Program-made: the position numbers and the translations under genes | In this document: positions 12,965 through 25,039 of the stretch, piece by piece | How positions within the stretch are numbered: position 1 is the stretch's first letter | Layout: each line of letters opens with the position of its first letter | Origin: the human T2T-CHM13v2.0 reference genome, Homo sapiens | NCBI RefSeq assembly: GCF_009914755.1 | Contig: NC_060926.1 | Length of the DNA stretch: 64,000 bases | Strand: one strand, 5' to 3' | The notes under the pieces: model-generated | Told to the model about the DNA's origin: nothing | The model's input: the letters and a program-made list of their open reading frames with translations, nothing else | The model's database searches: none

Positions 12965-13255
12965 TATGATAAATAGATGACAGACAACAGAGACTAGATA
13001 GATGACAGACAGAGGTTAGATGAGTAGACAGATGGTAGGTTGGTAGGTAGGTAGGTAGATAGATACATAGATAGACAACAGAGATTAGATAGATAAATGA
13101 TACACGGGTACCCAACGATCAGCTCCAACCCATAGCCTATTTGTATACACAGTGAGTGAAGAGCTAATTAGACAGATGATAGATAGACAATAGGTAGATA
13201 GGTGGATGATAGAGATTAGATAGAAAGATAGAGATATGAATGTAGCTATAGATGT
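12965..13255. repeat. Degenerate (TAGA)n/(TAGG)n microsatellite
   Basis: Interrupted gata/taga/tagg tetramers. Confidence 0.85.
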
Positions 13256-13700
13256 TGACAAACTTTAAAACTGCACAAGACAGGAGATAATGTCCTTAGC
13301 TTACTGCGATAAGGGGAGCACCCCAGATCCAAGTTCAAGGTCTCAGCAGGGTGGCTTTGCCGCACTTTCATAGGGAGGCACAGGCAGGTCGCAGCTGAGT
13401 GATTTGCTCTTGGGATTGTTCTGCAGTCAGGGGAGGTCTGATGGGGAAACGTTTGTCTCTGTGTCTAGCCAGTTTTAGGGGACAAGCAATTGTAATCTCA
13501 GGCAATCACTCTTGAGACACAGAAGTGAAGGTGGGGCCTGGGTCTGGCCTGTCAGCAAGTTCAGGAAAAGGGGAAAGGTCAGTGTGAACACTTGTCACAG
13601 CACAGCAGGGGTCCCCCGTGGGTCTCACAGGAGTCACAGGGAAGCATGGATGGTGGTTGCATCTAAGTCATACAGGAGGGGGTGCCTCACTCATATCTTC
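13253..13700 (-). mobile_element. Possible old ERV LTR, family unassigned
   Basis: About 450 bp with TG...CA ends and LTR-like composition (cttactgcgataaggggagc); family not recognised. Confidence 0.3.
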
Positions 13701-13744
13701 AGATGTGCACACCTGCAGTTTACAGGTGTGCCTTTACGTAGATC

Positions 13745-13855
13745 ATCTGTGAATCCCTGAAACTCCTTAGGCAGCAATGTTCACGTTTTACGGATGAGAA
13801 AACCAAGGTCAGTCACCCGGCAGACCCGGGAGCTGACCCTGAACCTGATCCTTCT
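13745..13855 (-). mobile_element. MIR fragment
   Basis: Core cacgttttacggatgagaaaaccaagg. Confidence 0.55.
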
Positions 13856-15384
13856 CATGACATCAGTTTCATCTCCCACTGAGGAATCAGTCCTCACGGA
13901 CATGGATAGGGGTGGACGTGGATTCTAACGGTATTTAACGTCTCTAACTTAACTTGAAAAAATGCTGCTTCTAAAGCGCTGCACCCTCCAAAAACTATCA
14001 CTGATACTTTCAGCTTGGGGCAATGTTTCTCTTTCTTGATGGGGTGGTTTATGGGGGATGCAGTGCGGGGGGACATATACCATTTTTACAGCTTGTAAGT
14101 AGTTTTAGGTACAAGGGCAATCAGTTAAAAATGTACATTTCTGAAAGGAGGATTTGCAAAGATGCAAATGATTGTATTTCTCTAAAACTGAACTGCATGA
14201 AGTGCACAAGCCCCCACTTCTATCGGCAGCAGAAAGATCATGAACTTCCCAGCAATGCAAGGTGATTCAACTCCTTCAAACTTGAACCTCACTTTTTCAG
14301 GGTGAATGCTCTCCCCAACAGTTCAATGGCTCTCCCCATCACTCTTCTGCTCTGTCCTCCTCAGTGATTCATGCCCTGGCATTGTCCTGGGTTGGGGAGG
14401 TAGGCACCAGGACCATGGGCTACATTCTCTACACTGTGGACTCAAGCTCAGGGGTGCATGTTAACCAGGATTGCGGTCTTGGTGCACGGGCAACCACTGT
14501 GGAAATGCACGGTCCTGCGGTGGCCTGCAGTCCCAAGGCCAGTCCATTCTGTATCCTCCAGCTCGGGTTCTCTCCCATTCTCCCCATTGGCTCGGGTACT
14601 CCATTCTTTTTGTGGTGGAGGGGTGGGCCTTGGCCGCTTTCTGCTTTTTTCCTCCACTATGGAATGTGCAGTAGTTTGAGGAGTTTGCAAATGGTCCAGC
14701 CCCCAAAACCATCTTGCTCGGCCATCGCTACCCTATCTCTCTGGTGCCATGTTGGATAAAGGTCTTTTCCTTGAGATTCACAGTTCCTAGACTATTCATT
14801 AAGTGGTGAGACAAAAGTTCACTCTCCTCAGGTTCTGCTCTTAATCTATGCTTTCTGCCAGTGTTTCTGCAGAACCTTGCCATGTGCCCAAAGGGAGGTC
14901 TCCAGGAAGGGCCTCCAGGCCCTTTGTCATGGACCCGCGAGGTGTCTGGAGCTCCAGCTGTGCCTGCTGTTGAAACTCTTACATCTCTTTCAGTGGGAGT
15001 GCAGCTCACAGGACATCAACTGTTTCTGCCTACCTTGGGTCTTATGATATAAAAATCTATGCCCAGTTCTCTAAGGCCTAGCATGTTATAATCCATAAAT
15101 CCATTTTTATCACAAAATAAAACCTGGTTCCTATAAAGGAAAGTGTTGCTTTCAAGACAATTGTGTTTTCATAGATTTCCAAAGGTCTATCCAGAACATC
15201 CATCAGCTTCTCTCTCCTGCAGACATTGGTGGTCCCTTTGTGGTACCTCATGTGGACAGATCTCAGGCTGCCCGAGGATGGGGAGGATGGGACAAAGGGC
15301 TGAACAGATGCCTTAAGACCAAATGCTATTGCTCTGCACAGGCATTTCAGCTCACCCTTGACTCTAAATCACAATTCCAGGCTT

Positions 15385-15525
15385 AGGCTGCCTTGGCATC
15401 ACCAAGGAGCTTGTTGAAAATGCACATTCCTGAGCTTTCCCCAGATTTTCTCGTCTGGGGAGTGTGTTTTGAACAGAGGTCATGTTTAGATGCTTTTGAT
15501 GAGGGCTGACTGAGAACTGCCTCTC
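15385..15525. mobile_element. MER5B-like fragment
   Basis: catcaccaaggagcttgttgaaaatgcacattcctgag. Confidence 0.5.
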
Positions 15526-15686
15526 AGGAAAGCTCCAAGGCATCAGGATTTAAAGGAGAGGTTCTTCTTGCCTCAGCATTGCTTGTGGCACTGAGATAAG
15601 GGGTGGGCAAGGGGCAGCTATTTAAAGGAGAACTTGCTCATCCAGACCCCACTGGACTTATGTTGGTTTTTTTTTTTTCTCTGTAG

Positions 15687-15738
15687 GCATTAAAACAAGC
15701 ATTTCCAGACCCTACGTGGTGAAATCCAAGATCCATGG
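15687..15738 (+). other. Candidate short exon (52 nt)
   Basis: Strong acceptor (poly-T, then ctctgtag|G) and donor TGG|GTGAGC; splice signals only. Confidence 0.3.
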
Positions 15739-16851
15739 GTGAGCCAGACACTTTAGTTAGGAACCGGGAAACTGGACTTTAAATACTTTTAAATGACTTT
15801 ATTTAACCTTTAAATAACATTAAAGAGATGCAGTCATGATCCTGGGCTGAAGATAACAATTGCTCACTTGCCTTTCACACAGAGAGGGCCATTGTACCCA
15901 GGGAGGCTGCCTGCCAAGACCCGACAGATGACATCTTCAGGCCCAGGTGGAGCTTGCCCCTGCCCCTCTCCTGGCACCCTCAGCACTCTGGGCACTGGCC
16001 TGTGTCTGTGTGGCCTGCCCATGCTGAGGGACCAGCTTCCACACGGGATGCTTTCTCAGTTCTCCCAGGAGAGAGGCCATGTCCACTCCAGGTTGTTGCA
16101 AAACTCAGACATATGACAATGGTGGTGTCTGGGCCCTGCCATCTTTATCCTGCTTTCTGCACCTGCTGTGGGGTGGCTGCAGGGCTCTGGAGAAGGGCTG
16201 GGTGAGGTGGCCACTCTGATACATCTCTCTGCATCCTTCCGTATTGGCCAAATGGGGGAGTTGGATTGGTGAATGTTTTCTAACAGGCTCCCATGACCTG
16301 GCCCCCATCTTCTCTCTGTCCCCCTGTCCCATATCCAGCACTCTATTCCCAGGCTCACTAACTGAGCACAGCGCTCCCCCATCCCCAATCCACACTGCCT
16401 GTCTCTGTCCCTGCCCACTGCCAGGGCCCCCACTCTCCCAGGCCGACCTAAGCTGAGGCCCTTCCCTGTCACTCAGCCAATGGGACTTGCTTTCCTGATG
16501 AATTCCTTCACATCTTCTGCACATCAGTGCAAGAGCAGCCTTCCTGCGAGTGTGTCATTGTTTGATTCTGTGTTTATTTTTTCCTAATGCTTTAAAGGAA
16601 GGGAAGAGCTTGTTTAGGGCAAGTGTTTGTCACACAGTAAGTGCTCCATAAACTGCTTAGTGAACACCAAAGGCAGCTGATCTGGACACAGAGCAGCTAC
16701 TGCAGCCCCTACACACACTCATGCCTTGTTATGCTCCATATATTTCTCTATAGATGAATCATCACATGGAAATATATCTATAATACAATATACATATATT
16801 ATGCACTATGTTATTATAGATTATATATAATATGTACTATATGATTTTGCA

Positions 16852-17233
16852 CAGTTGGCCCTTGAACAACATAGGGATTAGGGACATCAAAGCCCCTGCA
16901 CAGTAAAAATTCTGCCTGTAATTTTTCACTCCCATAAAACTTAACTACTAATAGCCCACTGTTGGCCAAAGGCCTTAATGATAACATTAAGCTAGAGAAG
17001 AGAAAACATTATTAAGAAGATCATAAGAAAGAGAAAATATATTTACTATTTAATAAGTAGAAGAGGATCATTATAAAGGTTTTCCTCTTTGTCTTCTCCA
17101 CATTGAGTGGGCTGAGAAGGAGGAGGAAGAAAGATGAGTTGGTTTTGCTATGTCTGGAGTGGCAGATGTGGGAGAATATCCATGTTTAAAGGGCCCCATG
17201 CCAGTCAAACCTGTGTTGTTCAAGGGTCAATCA
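16852..17233 (-). mobile_element. Tigger2a (TcMar-Tigger), internally deleted
   Basis: Terminal inverted repeats cagttggcccttgaacaaca / tgttgttcaagggtcaat; internal aacttaactactaatagcc; sits in a TA-rich tract. Confidence 0.87.
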
Positions 17234-17282
17234 TGTACACAATATCCTATTATATGTTGTATGTGTGTTTACATACAATAAC

Positions 17283-17831
17283 TGTATTTGTCTGGGATCT
17301 CTAGAGGGACAGAATTAATAAGATAGATGAATCTATGAAGGGGAGTTTATTAGGAGAATTGACTCACACAATCACAAGGTGAAGTCCCACAATAGGCTGT
17401 CCCCAAGCTGAGGAGCCAGGAAGCCAGTCTGAGTCCCAAAACCTCAAAAGTCGGGAAGCCAACAGTTCAGCCTTCAGTCTGTACTGAAAGGCCTGAACAC
17501 CCCTGGCAAATCACTGGTGTAAGTCCAAGAGTCCAAAAGCTGAAGAACTTGGAGTCTGATGGTCAAGGGCAGGAAGCATCCAGCACGGGAGAAAGATGGA
17601 GGCCGGAAGACTCAGCCAGTCTAGTCTTTCCACGTTCCTCTGCCTGCTTTTATCCTAGCCATGCTGGCAGCTGATTGGATGGTGCCCACCAAGACTGAGG
17701 GTGGATCTGCCTTTCCCAGTCCACTGACTCAAATGTTAATCTCCTTTGGCAACACCCTCACAGACACACCCAGGAACAGTACTTCTCATCCTTCAGTCCA
17801 ATCAAGTAGACACTCAATATTGACCATCACA
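17283..17831 (-). mobile_element. MLT2A2 solo LTR (HERV-L)
   Basis: About 550 bp, tgtatt...ctctagagggacagaa to ...gacactcaatattgaccatcaca; 5-bp TSD ataac/acaac. Confidence 0.92.
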
Positions 17832-18309
17832 ACAACTATATACGTTACATATATGTATGCTATACATATGTATTTTTTTTTTCAATGTGGCAGTATGGCA
17901 GTGGGTACTCCCGGCACCTGATCAGATCTCACTTATATCCAAGCCTTCATTCTAGACACCCCTGCTTCGGCAGTCTGCTCTGTGGAGTATGCCTTGCCTG
18001 GGAGATCTTAGCCCTAACCATCAGCAGGACGTGTTCACATGTCATTGAAGAAGAACCAGCCTCTGACTCCTTGGAGGCCATCATTCAGCTTTCTCCTCTA
18101 CTTAGGTCTCATCTCCTCACTTAGACCAGTCACCCTGAGAGTACAGTTCATCAACTAAGCCTGTTCGTTTCCTCTTAGCTCCTGACATTGCCCTAAGTGC
18201 CTTTGTCCCCTAATTTATATTTGCTGGCTGGATGGATGAGTGGCTGGCTGGCTGGCTGGCTGGAGGATACTGAAGAATAGGGGAAGAGATTGAAGGTCAT
18301 GGAGATACA

Positions 18310-18445
18310 AATTTGAATCCTGGTCTTGTGCAGTCTCAGGCAGTTTACTGAAAAATCCCTGAGCTTTAATTTTTCCATCCATAAAATGGAGAAATTAATA
18401 ATCTAACCTTGAAAAATTGTTGAAAGGATAAATGAAATAATATGC
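18310..18445 (+). mobile_element. MIR
   Basis: Core ctgagctttaatttttccatccataaaatggagaaattaataatc and aggataaatgaaataat. Confidence 0.75.
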
Positions 18446-19149
18446 CTGTTTTTCATATATGCCATGTGACCCTGGAAAGATAACAGCTCTTTAATATTAA
18501 TGCTTAGGCTAGTACAGCAGTACTACCCTGGGATTCTTTGACGTCTGGATCTTATTACCAGGAAATAGTGGTATACAATGCAGAAAAGACAATGGAAAAT
18601 GTGACTTAATCCAGGACCCAAAGTTATATCTACCTAAATCTACTTAAAAACCTCCCTGGCAAGAGCTCACAGTACTGAAGGAAAACGTAAAAGCTGCAGT
18701 ATGACCTCAGAGTGAGCCAAGGAGATAATACAGAGCCATCTCCCAGGACAAAATGAACACCTAATTAGGTGTTGCTGGAGCAGATGAGATGTAGGTGCAT
18801 TGACAGGAACAGGCCCACTCTGAGAATGGACAGCATAGGAGGGGCTGAGCTTCGTGGGCTGGACAGCATCTAGAAGGAGAATAACTACCTGTATCTGCTT
18901 GTCCTCAGGTACCTGACAAGTTCTGAGACCTCCCCCAATGGTTGCAGGCCCATGGGGCCCTTCAGTGAGCATAGGGGTAGCTGTCAGCTAACAGCAGGTG
19001 CTCAATAAGTGGTTTTGAAATGAAGTTATTGGTGAGAGGGCATGACAGAACTAGAATCCCAGGAGAAATAGGAGAAATGATTCAGATTTTAATTTATAGT
19101 CAGGCAGAGCCAATGAGGGTCTATCTTCAGGAGATAAACTGAGTGGTCC

Positions 19150-19530
19150 TGCATTTTTGTTCCAAATAATTAGGGAGGGATGAGCACTGGTTCGTGATGT
19201 GCTGAATGGAAGACAGGTGAATAAAGGGTAACCCCTGTCACTGGTCCCAGCCATGTTGTGTGGTTCTGGCCAACGGGCTGAGGGTGCAGCTGACAGTCCC
19301 AGCCAGGCTGAGTCCCTCTGCAAACTTCTTCCCCAGGGCAGCTGCCCACATGGACTACCACATCAAGAGCCCCTGGATCCTGAGGGGCCAGGTGGAAGGG
19401 AGCATTCCCTAGAGCCTGGAGAGGTGCAGCTGACTTTGCATAAATGAAACATAGGCTTTAGTTTTGCAGCATCACAGAGATTTCAGAGTTTGCTTGTTAC
19501 CCGGCATAACACAGCCAAGCTGACTCATCC
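19150..19530 (+). mobile_element. Old MaLR LTR (MLT1I/J-like)
   Basis: 3' end cacagagatttcagagtttgcttgttacccggcataacacagccaagctgact. Confidence 0.5.
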
Positions 19531-19916
19531 CACATCCCTTGACAGAAGAAGCCTGGCAGAGGCAGAGAGGTGCAGGTTCTAATCCTCCCCAGTTCTCTTG
19601 GCTGTAAAATTAGAACATGAGTGCTCAGGAAGCATCACCAGGGCTACATTGTTTCTCTGACTCCCACCAGAGAGAACTACTGACGTGAACCCAGCCCATG
19701 AGTAGATGACGGTGGTGATGGTGATGATGGTGGTGAGTGATGCTGCCACTGGTCACAGTATGGTAACAGAATGTTAAGTAGACATTTCGGCAGACAGCCT
19801 AAGGCAACAGAGGTCAGACACCTAAGTGGGTTTCATAAGTGGTCCCTCTATAAAAGTATCAAAGCCAAAAAAATAAAAATTGTTTACATGACAAAAAATA
19901 ATCCAAACTAACAACG

Positions 19917-22277
19917 TGTATTAGGCTGTTCTCACATTGCTATAAAGAAATACCTGAGACTGAGTAATTTATGAAGAAAAGAGGTTTAATTGGCTCACAG
20001 TTCTACAGGCCGTATAGGAAGCATAGCAGTTTCTGCTTCTGGGGAGGCCTCAGGAAACATACAAAGGGGGAGGAAGCACTTTACTTGGCCAGAGCAGGAG
20101 GAAAAGAGAGGGCAGGGAGGGGCCACACACTCTTAAACAACCAGGTCTCATGAGAACTCTATGACAAGAACAGCACCGGAGGGCAAAATCCTCCACAATA
20201 ATCCAATCACCTCCCACCAGGCCCCACCTCCAACAATGGGGATTACAATTCGACATGAAATTTGGGCAGGGACACAAATCCAAACCTGACACCTCTCAAA
20301 TCTCATGTCCTCACATTTCAAAATACAACCATGCCTTCCCAACAGTACCCCAAAGTCTTCATTCCAGCATTAAGTCTAAAGCCTCATCTGAGACAAAGCC
20401 AGTCATTTCCACCTATGAAACTAAAATAAAAAGTTAGTTACTTCCAAGATACAATTGGGGTACAGGCATTGGGTAAATATACCCATTCCAAATGGGAGGA
20501 ATAAGCCAAAAGACAGGGGTTACAGGCCCCATGAAATCCGAACGAAACTCAGCAGGACAGTCACTAAATTTTAAAACTCCAAAATAATCTCCTTTGACTC
20601 CATGTCTCATATCCAGGCCACACTGATGTAAGGGGTGGGCTCCCAAGGCCTTGGGCAACTCCACTCCTGTAGTTTTCCAGGGTTCAGCCTTGGTGGCTGC
20701 TCTCATAAGCTGGGCATTAAGTATCTGCAGCTTTTCCAGGCACAAAGTGCAAGCTGTCAGTGGACCTATCATTCTGGGGTCTGGAGGACAGTGGCCCTTT
20801 TCTCACAGCTCCACTAGGCAGTGCCACTATGGGGACTCTTTGTTGGAGCTCTAACACCATACTTCCCCTCCACACTGTCCTAGCAGAGGTTCTCCACAAG
20901 GGCTCTGCCCTTGTAGCAGGCTTCTCTCTGGACATCTAGGCTTTTCCATACATCCTCTGAAATCTAAGTGGAAGCTCCCAAGCCTCAACTCTTATAGTTT
21001 GAGCACCCACAAGCTTAACACCATGTGGAAGCCACCAAGGCTTATATCTTGCACCTGCTGAAGCAGTGGCCCAAGCTATACTTGTGGCCTTTTGAGCTGA
21101 AGTTGAAGCTGGAGTGGCTGGGATGCAGGGAGCAGAGTCCCAAGGCTGTGCAGTGCAGCAGAGCCCTGGGCCTGGCCCACAAAGCCTTACTATTATCCTA
21201 GATCTCTGGGTCTGTGATGGGAGGGGCTTTCTGGAAGGTCTCTGAAATGCCTTCAAGGCCTTTTTCCCATTGTCTTGGCTATCTGTACTTGGCTCCATTT
21301 TATTTATGCAAATTTATGTAGCCTGCTTGAAATCCTCCCCTGGAAAATGAGCTTTTCTTTTCTACTACGTGGCCAGGCTGCAAATTTCCCAAACATTTGC
21401 ACTATGCTTCCCCTTTAAATATAAGTTCCAATTTCAGTCCATTCTTTGCTCATGCATATGAGCATACACTTTTAGAAGCAGCCAGGCCACTTCTTGAACA
21501 TTGCTTAGAAATTTCTCCTTTCTCTCAGATACCCTAAATCATTACTCTCAAGTTCAAAGTTCTACAATCCCTAGGGCATGGGCACAATGACTCCAAGCTT
21601 TTTTTGCTAATGCATAACAAAAGCAATCTTTGCTCCAGTTTCAGTAAGTTCCTGATTTCCATCTGAGACCTCCTCAGCCTGGACTTCATTATCCATATCA
21701 CTATCAACATTTGGGTCACAACAATTTAACAAGTCTCTGGGAAATTCCAAATGTTCCCTCATCTTCCTGTCTTCTTCTGTGTCCCTCACACTCTTCCAAC
21801 CTCTGCCTATTACCCGGTTCCAAAGCTGCTTCCACATTTTCAGGTGTCTTTACAGAAATGCCCCACTACTCAGCACCAATTTTCTGTATTATTCCATCCT
21901 CACATTGCTATAAAGAAATACCTGAGACTGGGTAATTTATTAAAAAGAAGAGGTTTAATTGGCTCACAATTCTGCAGGCTGTACAGAGAGCATATCAGCT
22001 TCTGCTTCTGGGGAGGCCTTAGGAAACTTTCAGTCATGGTAGAGGGTGAAGGGGGAGAAGGCATATCACATGGCTGAAGCAGAAAGAAAGACAGAGAGGA
22101 AGGAGGTATCACACACTTTTAAACAACCTTATCTTATGATAACTCTATCACAAGAACAGTACCAAAGGGGGAAATATAACCCCATGATCCCATCATCTCC
22201 CACCAGACCCCACCTTCAACATTGGGGATTACAATTTGACATGATGTTTGGGCAATGACACAGATACAATTATACCA
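19917..22277 (-). mobile_element. Two-LTR MSTA element with internal region (ERVL-MaLR)
   Basis: LTRs at ~19917-20287 (3') and 21885-22277 (5') flanking ~1.6 kb of MST-int; 5-bp TSD caacg/caagg. Confidence 0.93.
20434..21837 (-). pseudogene. Disrupted MaLR internal ORF
   Basis: ORF-track fragments resemble the THE1/MST internal protein (EEDRKMREHLEFPRDLLN, PLRFQRMYGKA, ALPSGAVR, YPMPVPQLYLGSN), broken by stops and frameshifts. Confidence 0.75.
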
Positions 22278-22552
22278 CAAGGTCTGTCTCAATTGGTGAG
22301 CTTACTTCATTTGGAGGTATTTGGATCACCAGCACATTTGGAGCTGTCTCTATCATCTTACCATTTTGCATTCTGTCTGCTCTGGACTTTTTTTGTCTCC
22401 TTTTTTTCTATCTTTTTCTTTATTTAGGCTAGATTTTTACTCTGCCCTATTTTCTGTTTTGCACTCTACTGATATAAAATTTGTACAATCTATTTTTATT
22501 TTAACTAACCTTGGTAATTGCTATGCAAATTCAATATAATATCTAGAATTGA

Positions 22553-23703
22553 AGAAACTACAGAACCTGGCAAAATAACCTAGGCAATGCCACTCTGGAC
22601 ATAGGAACAGGCAAAGGTTTCATGACAAAGATGCCAAAAGCTATTGCATCAAAAGTAAAAATTGACAAATGAAATCTAATTAAAGAGCTTCTGCACAGCA
22701 AAAGAAACTATCAACAGAGTAAACAGACAATCTCAAGAATGGGAAAAAGAATTGCAAACTATACATCTGACAAAGGACTAATATTCAGCATCTGTAAGGA
22801 ATTTAAACAACTTTATAAGAACAAAACAAATAACCCCATTGAAAAGTGGGCAAAGGACAGAAACAGACACTTTTCAAAAGAAGACATATATGCTACCAAC
22901 AAGCATATGAAAAAAAGCTCAACATCACTGATCATTAGAGAAATGCAATTTAAAACTTCAGAGAGATACCATCACACACCAGTCAGAATGGCTATTATTG
23001 AAAAGTCAAAAAGTAACAGGTGCTGGTGAGGTTGCAGGGAAAAATGAACACTTACACACTGTTAGTGGGAGTGTAAATTAATTGAACCATTGTGGAAAAC
23101 AGTCTGGCAATTGCTTAAAGACCTAGAAACAGAACTACCACTTAACCCAGCAATGTCGTGATTGGGTATATACCTAAAGAAATCTAAATCATTCTATCAT
23201 AACGATATACGCTTATGTATGTTCATTTCAGCACTATTGACAATAGCAAAGACGTGGAATCAACCTAAATTCTATCAATAGTAGACTGGGTAAAGAAAAT
23301 GTGGTACAGATACACCATGGAATACTATGCAGCCATAAAAATGAACAAGATCGTGTCCTTTGCAAGAACATGGATGGAGCCAAAGGCTATTATCCTTAGC
23401 AAACTAACACAGAAACAGAAAACCAGATACTGCATGTTCTTACTTATAAGTGGGAGCTAAATGATTTGAACACATGGACACATAGAGGGCAATAACAGAC
23501 ACTGGGGCCTATCAGAGAGTGGAGGGTGGGAGAAAAGAGAGGACCTGGAGAAATAAGTAATGGATACTAGACTTAATACCTGGGCGACAAAATAATCTGT
23601 ACAGCAAATTTTCACAACACTAGTTTACCTATATAACAAACATGCACACATACTCCTATACTTAAAAGTTAAAAAATAAAAAGGAAAATAAAACAAAAAA
23701 AAT
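22553..23703 (+). mobile_element. 5'-truncated L1 (L1PA15/16-like)
   Basis: ORF2 C-terminal remnant ([23 protein letters not shown]), 3'UTR aaataatctgtacagcaaa and A-rich tail. Confidence 0.9.
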
Positions 23704-23719
23704 ACCTTAACATTCTTCC

Positions 23720-24630
23720 AGAAAAAAAATTATCGTTAATTACCATCACTTTGCTCATATGATCTTTCTCAATAATTTCAAGGTATCTCCTCTTTTTAAC
23801 ACCTATGTTAATCATTGTTCTTATTCTTAATTTATAGAAGCGGTGTTTATTTTGAGTTACACATTTGTTTTCCATTTTATATACTTACCATTTGTTTTTA
23901 TTTTAGAAGCTTCTTTGGAGATTATTTTTCTTTTCTCAGAAGCATATCCTTCAGAAAGTTCTTTCGTTTAGAGCTCTTGGTGAAATATCTCTCTTATTTA
24001 TTTAACAGCATTTCTTTTTCTTGTACTGAAAAGACAGTTTGGCTGAATAAAAATGCTCTTCCATCAACGTCTTGAAGATATTGTTTCATTGTCTTTCATG
24101 GTTGCTCTTGAGGGTTCTCCTAGCTTTCTAATTGTCATTCCTTTCTTTCTCCTTAACATCTTCTCCTTGCCTTTGATGTTTTGCAGTTTTGCTAAAATGA
24201 GAGTAGGCAAAGATTTCAGTAAGTCTTCATGCAGAGAATACATGGTGCATCCTGAAACAGGCATGTGTCATGCTTTTAATCATTTCTAGAAAATTTGTAG
24301 GCACTAGCTCTTCAGATTGCTTTTCTTCCATTTTTCTCTCTCCTCTTTTCTGGACTTTGACAGTATGTGAGGCCTTCTCTTCTTTTTTGCCCTTTATGTC
24401 TCAAATTACAATTCATATCTTCTCCTTTCTATAAACTTTTTTGACATATCTTTAATTTCTTTCTTTTTTTATAATCATGACTCACTGGACATTTAATTCA
24501 TCCACTGAGTTATTTATAATTTTTAGTTTAACAAATCACACAGACTTAATATATATTATATATAAAATAAATCAATTTTATTATGTAAATATTTATTATA
24601 AATAAAAAATAGAGTTTTTTAATTTTTAGG
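23720..24630 (-). mobile_element. Old L1M (L1ME-like) ORF1-region fragment
   Basis: T-rich antisense L1 with cttgaagatattgtttcattgtctt; probably continues at ~22290-22550. Confidence 0.5.
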
Positions 24631-24790
24631 AGTTCCTTTTATATTTTTTCAGCTTCTTGAGGTATAGTTGATAAATAAAAACAATATATATCAAAGATCT
24701 ACAACATGACACATTGATGTAAGTATACATTATGAAATGATTATGATAATAAAGTTAACTAACACATTCATCATCTCACATAGTTACCAG

Positions 24791-24791
<1 letters not shown>

Positions 24792-24828
<37 letters not shown>
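24792..24828. repeat. (TG)n microsatellite
   Basis: About 15 perfect TG units. Confidence 0.95.
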
Positions 24829-24830
<2 letters not shown>

Positions 24831-24888
24831 TGAGGACACTTAAGATCTATGCTCTTGGCAAATTTCAAGTATACAATATAGTATGATT

Positions 24889-25039
24889 ATGATGATGATG
24901 ACAAGATCTTGCTCTGTCACCGAGGCTGGAGTGCAATGGCCATCTTAGCTCACTACAGCCTCCAACACTTGGTCTCAAGCAATCCTCTTGCCTCAGCCCC
25001 CAAAGCACTGGTATTGCACATAGGAGCCACTGCCTGGCC
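24889..25039 (-). mobile_element. Alu monomer (FLAM_A-like)
   Basis: Single ~135-bp antisense monomer; tail converted to (GAT)n; degenerate TSD. Confidence 0.8.

Noticed and set aside
14153-14176. Octamer ATGCAAAT next to ATTGT
   Set aside because: Order and spacing do not match the canonical SOX-OCT composite; single motif only.
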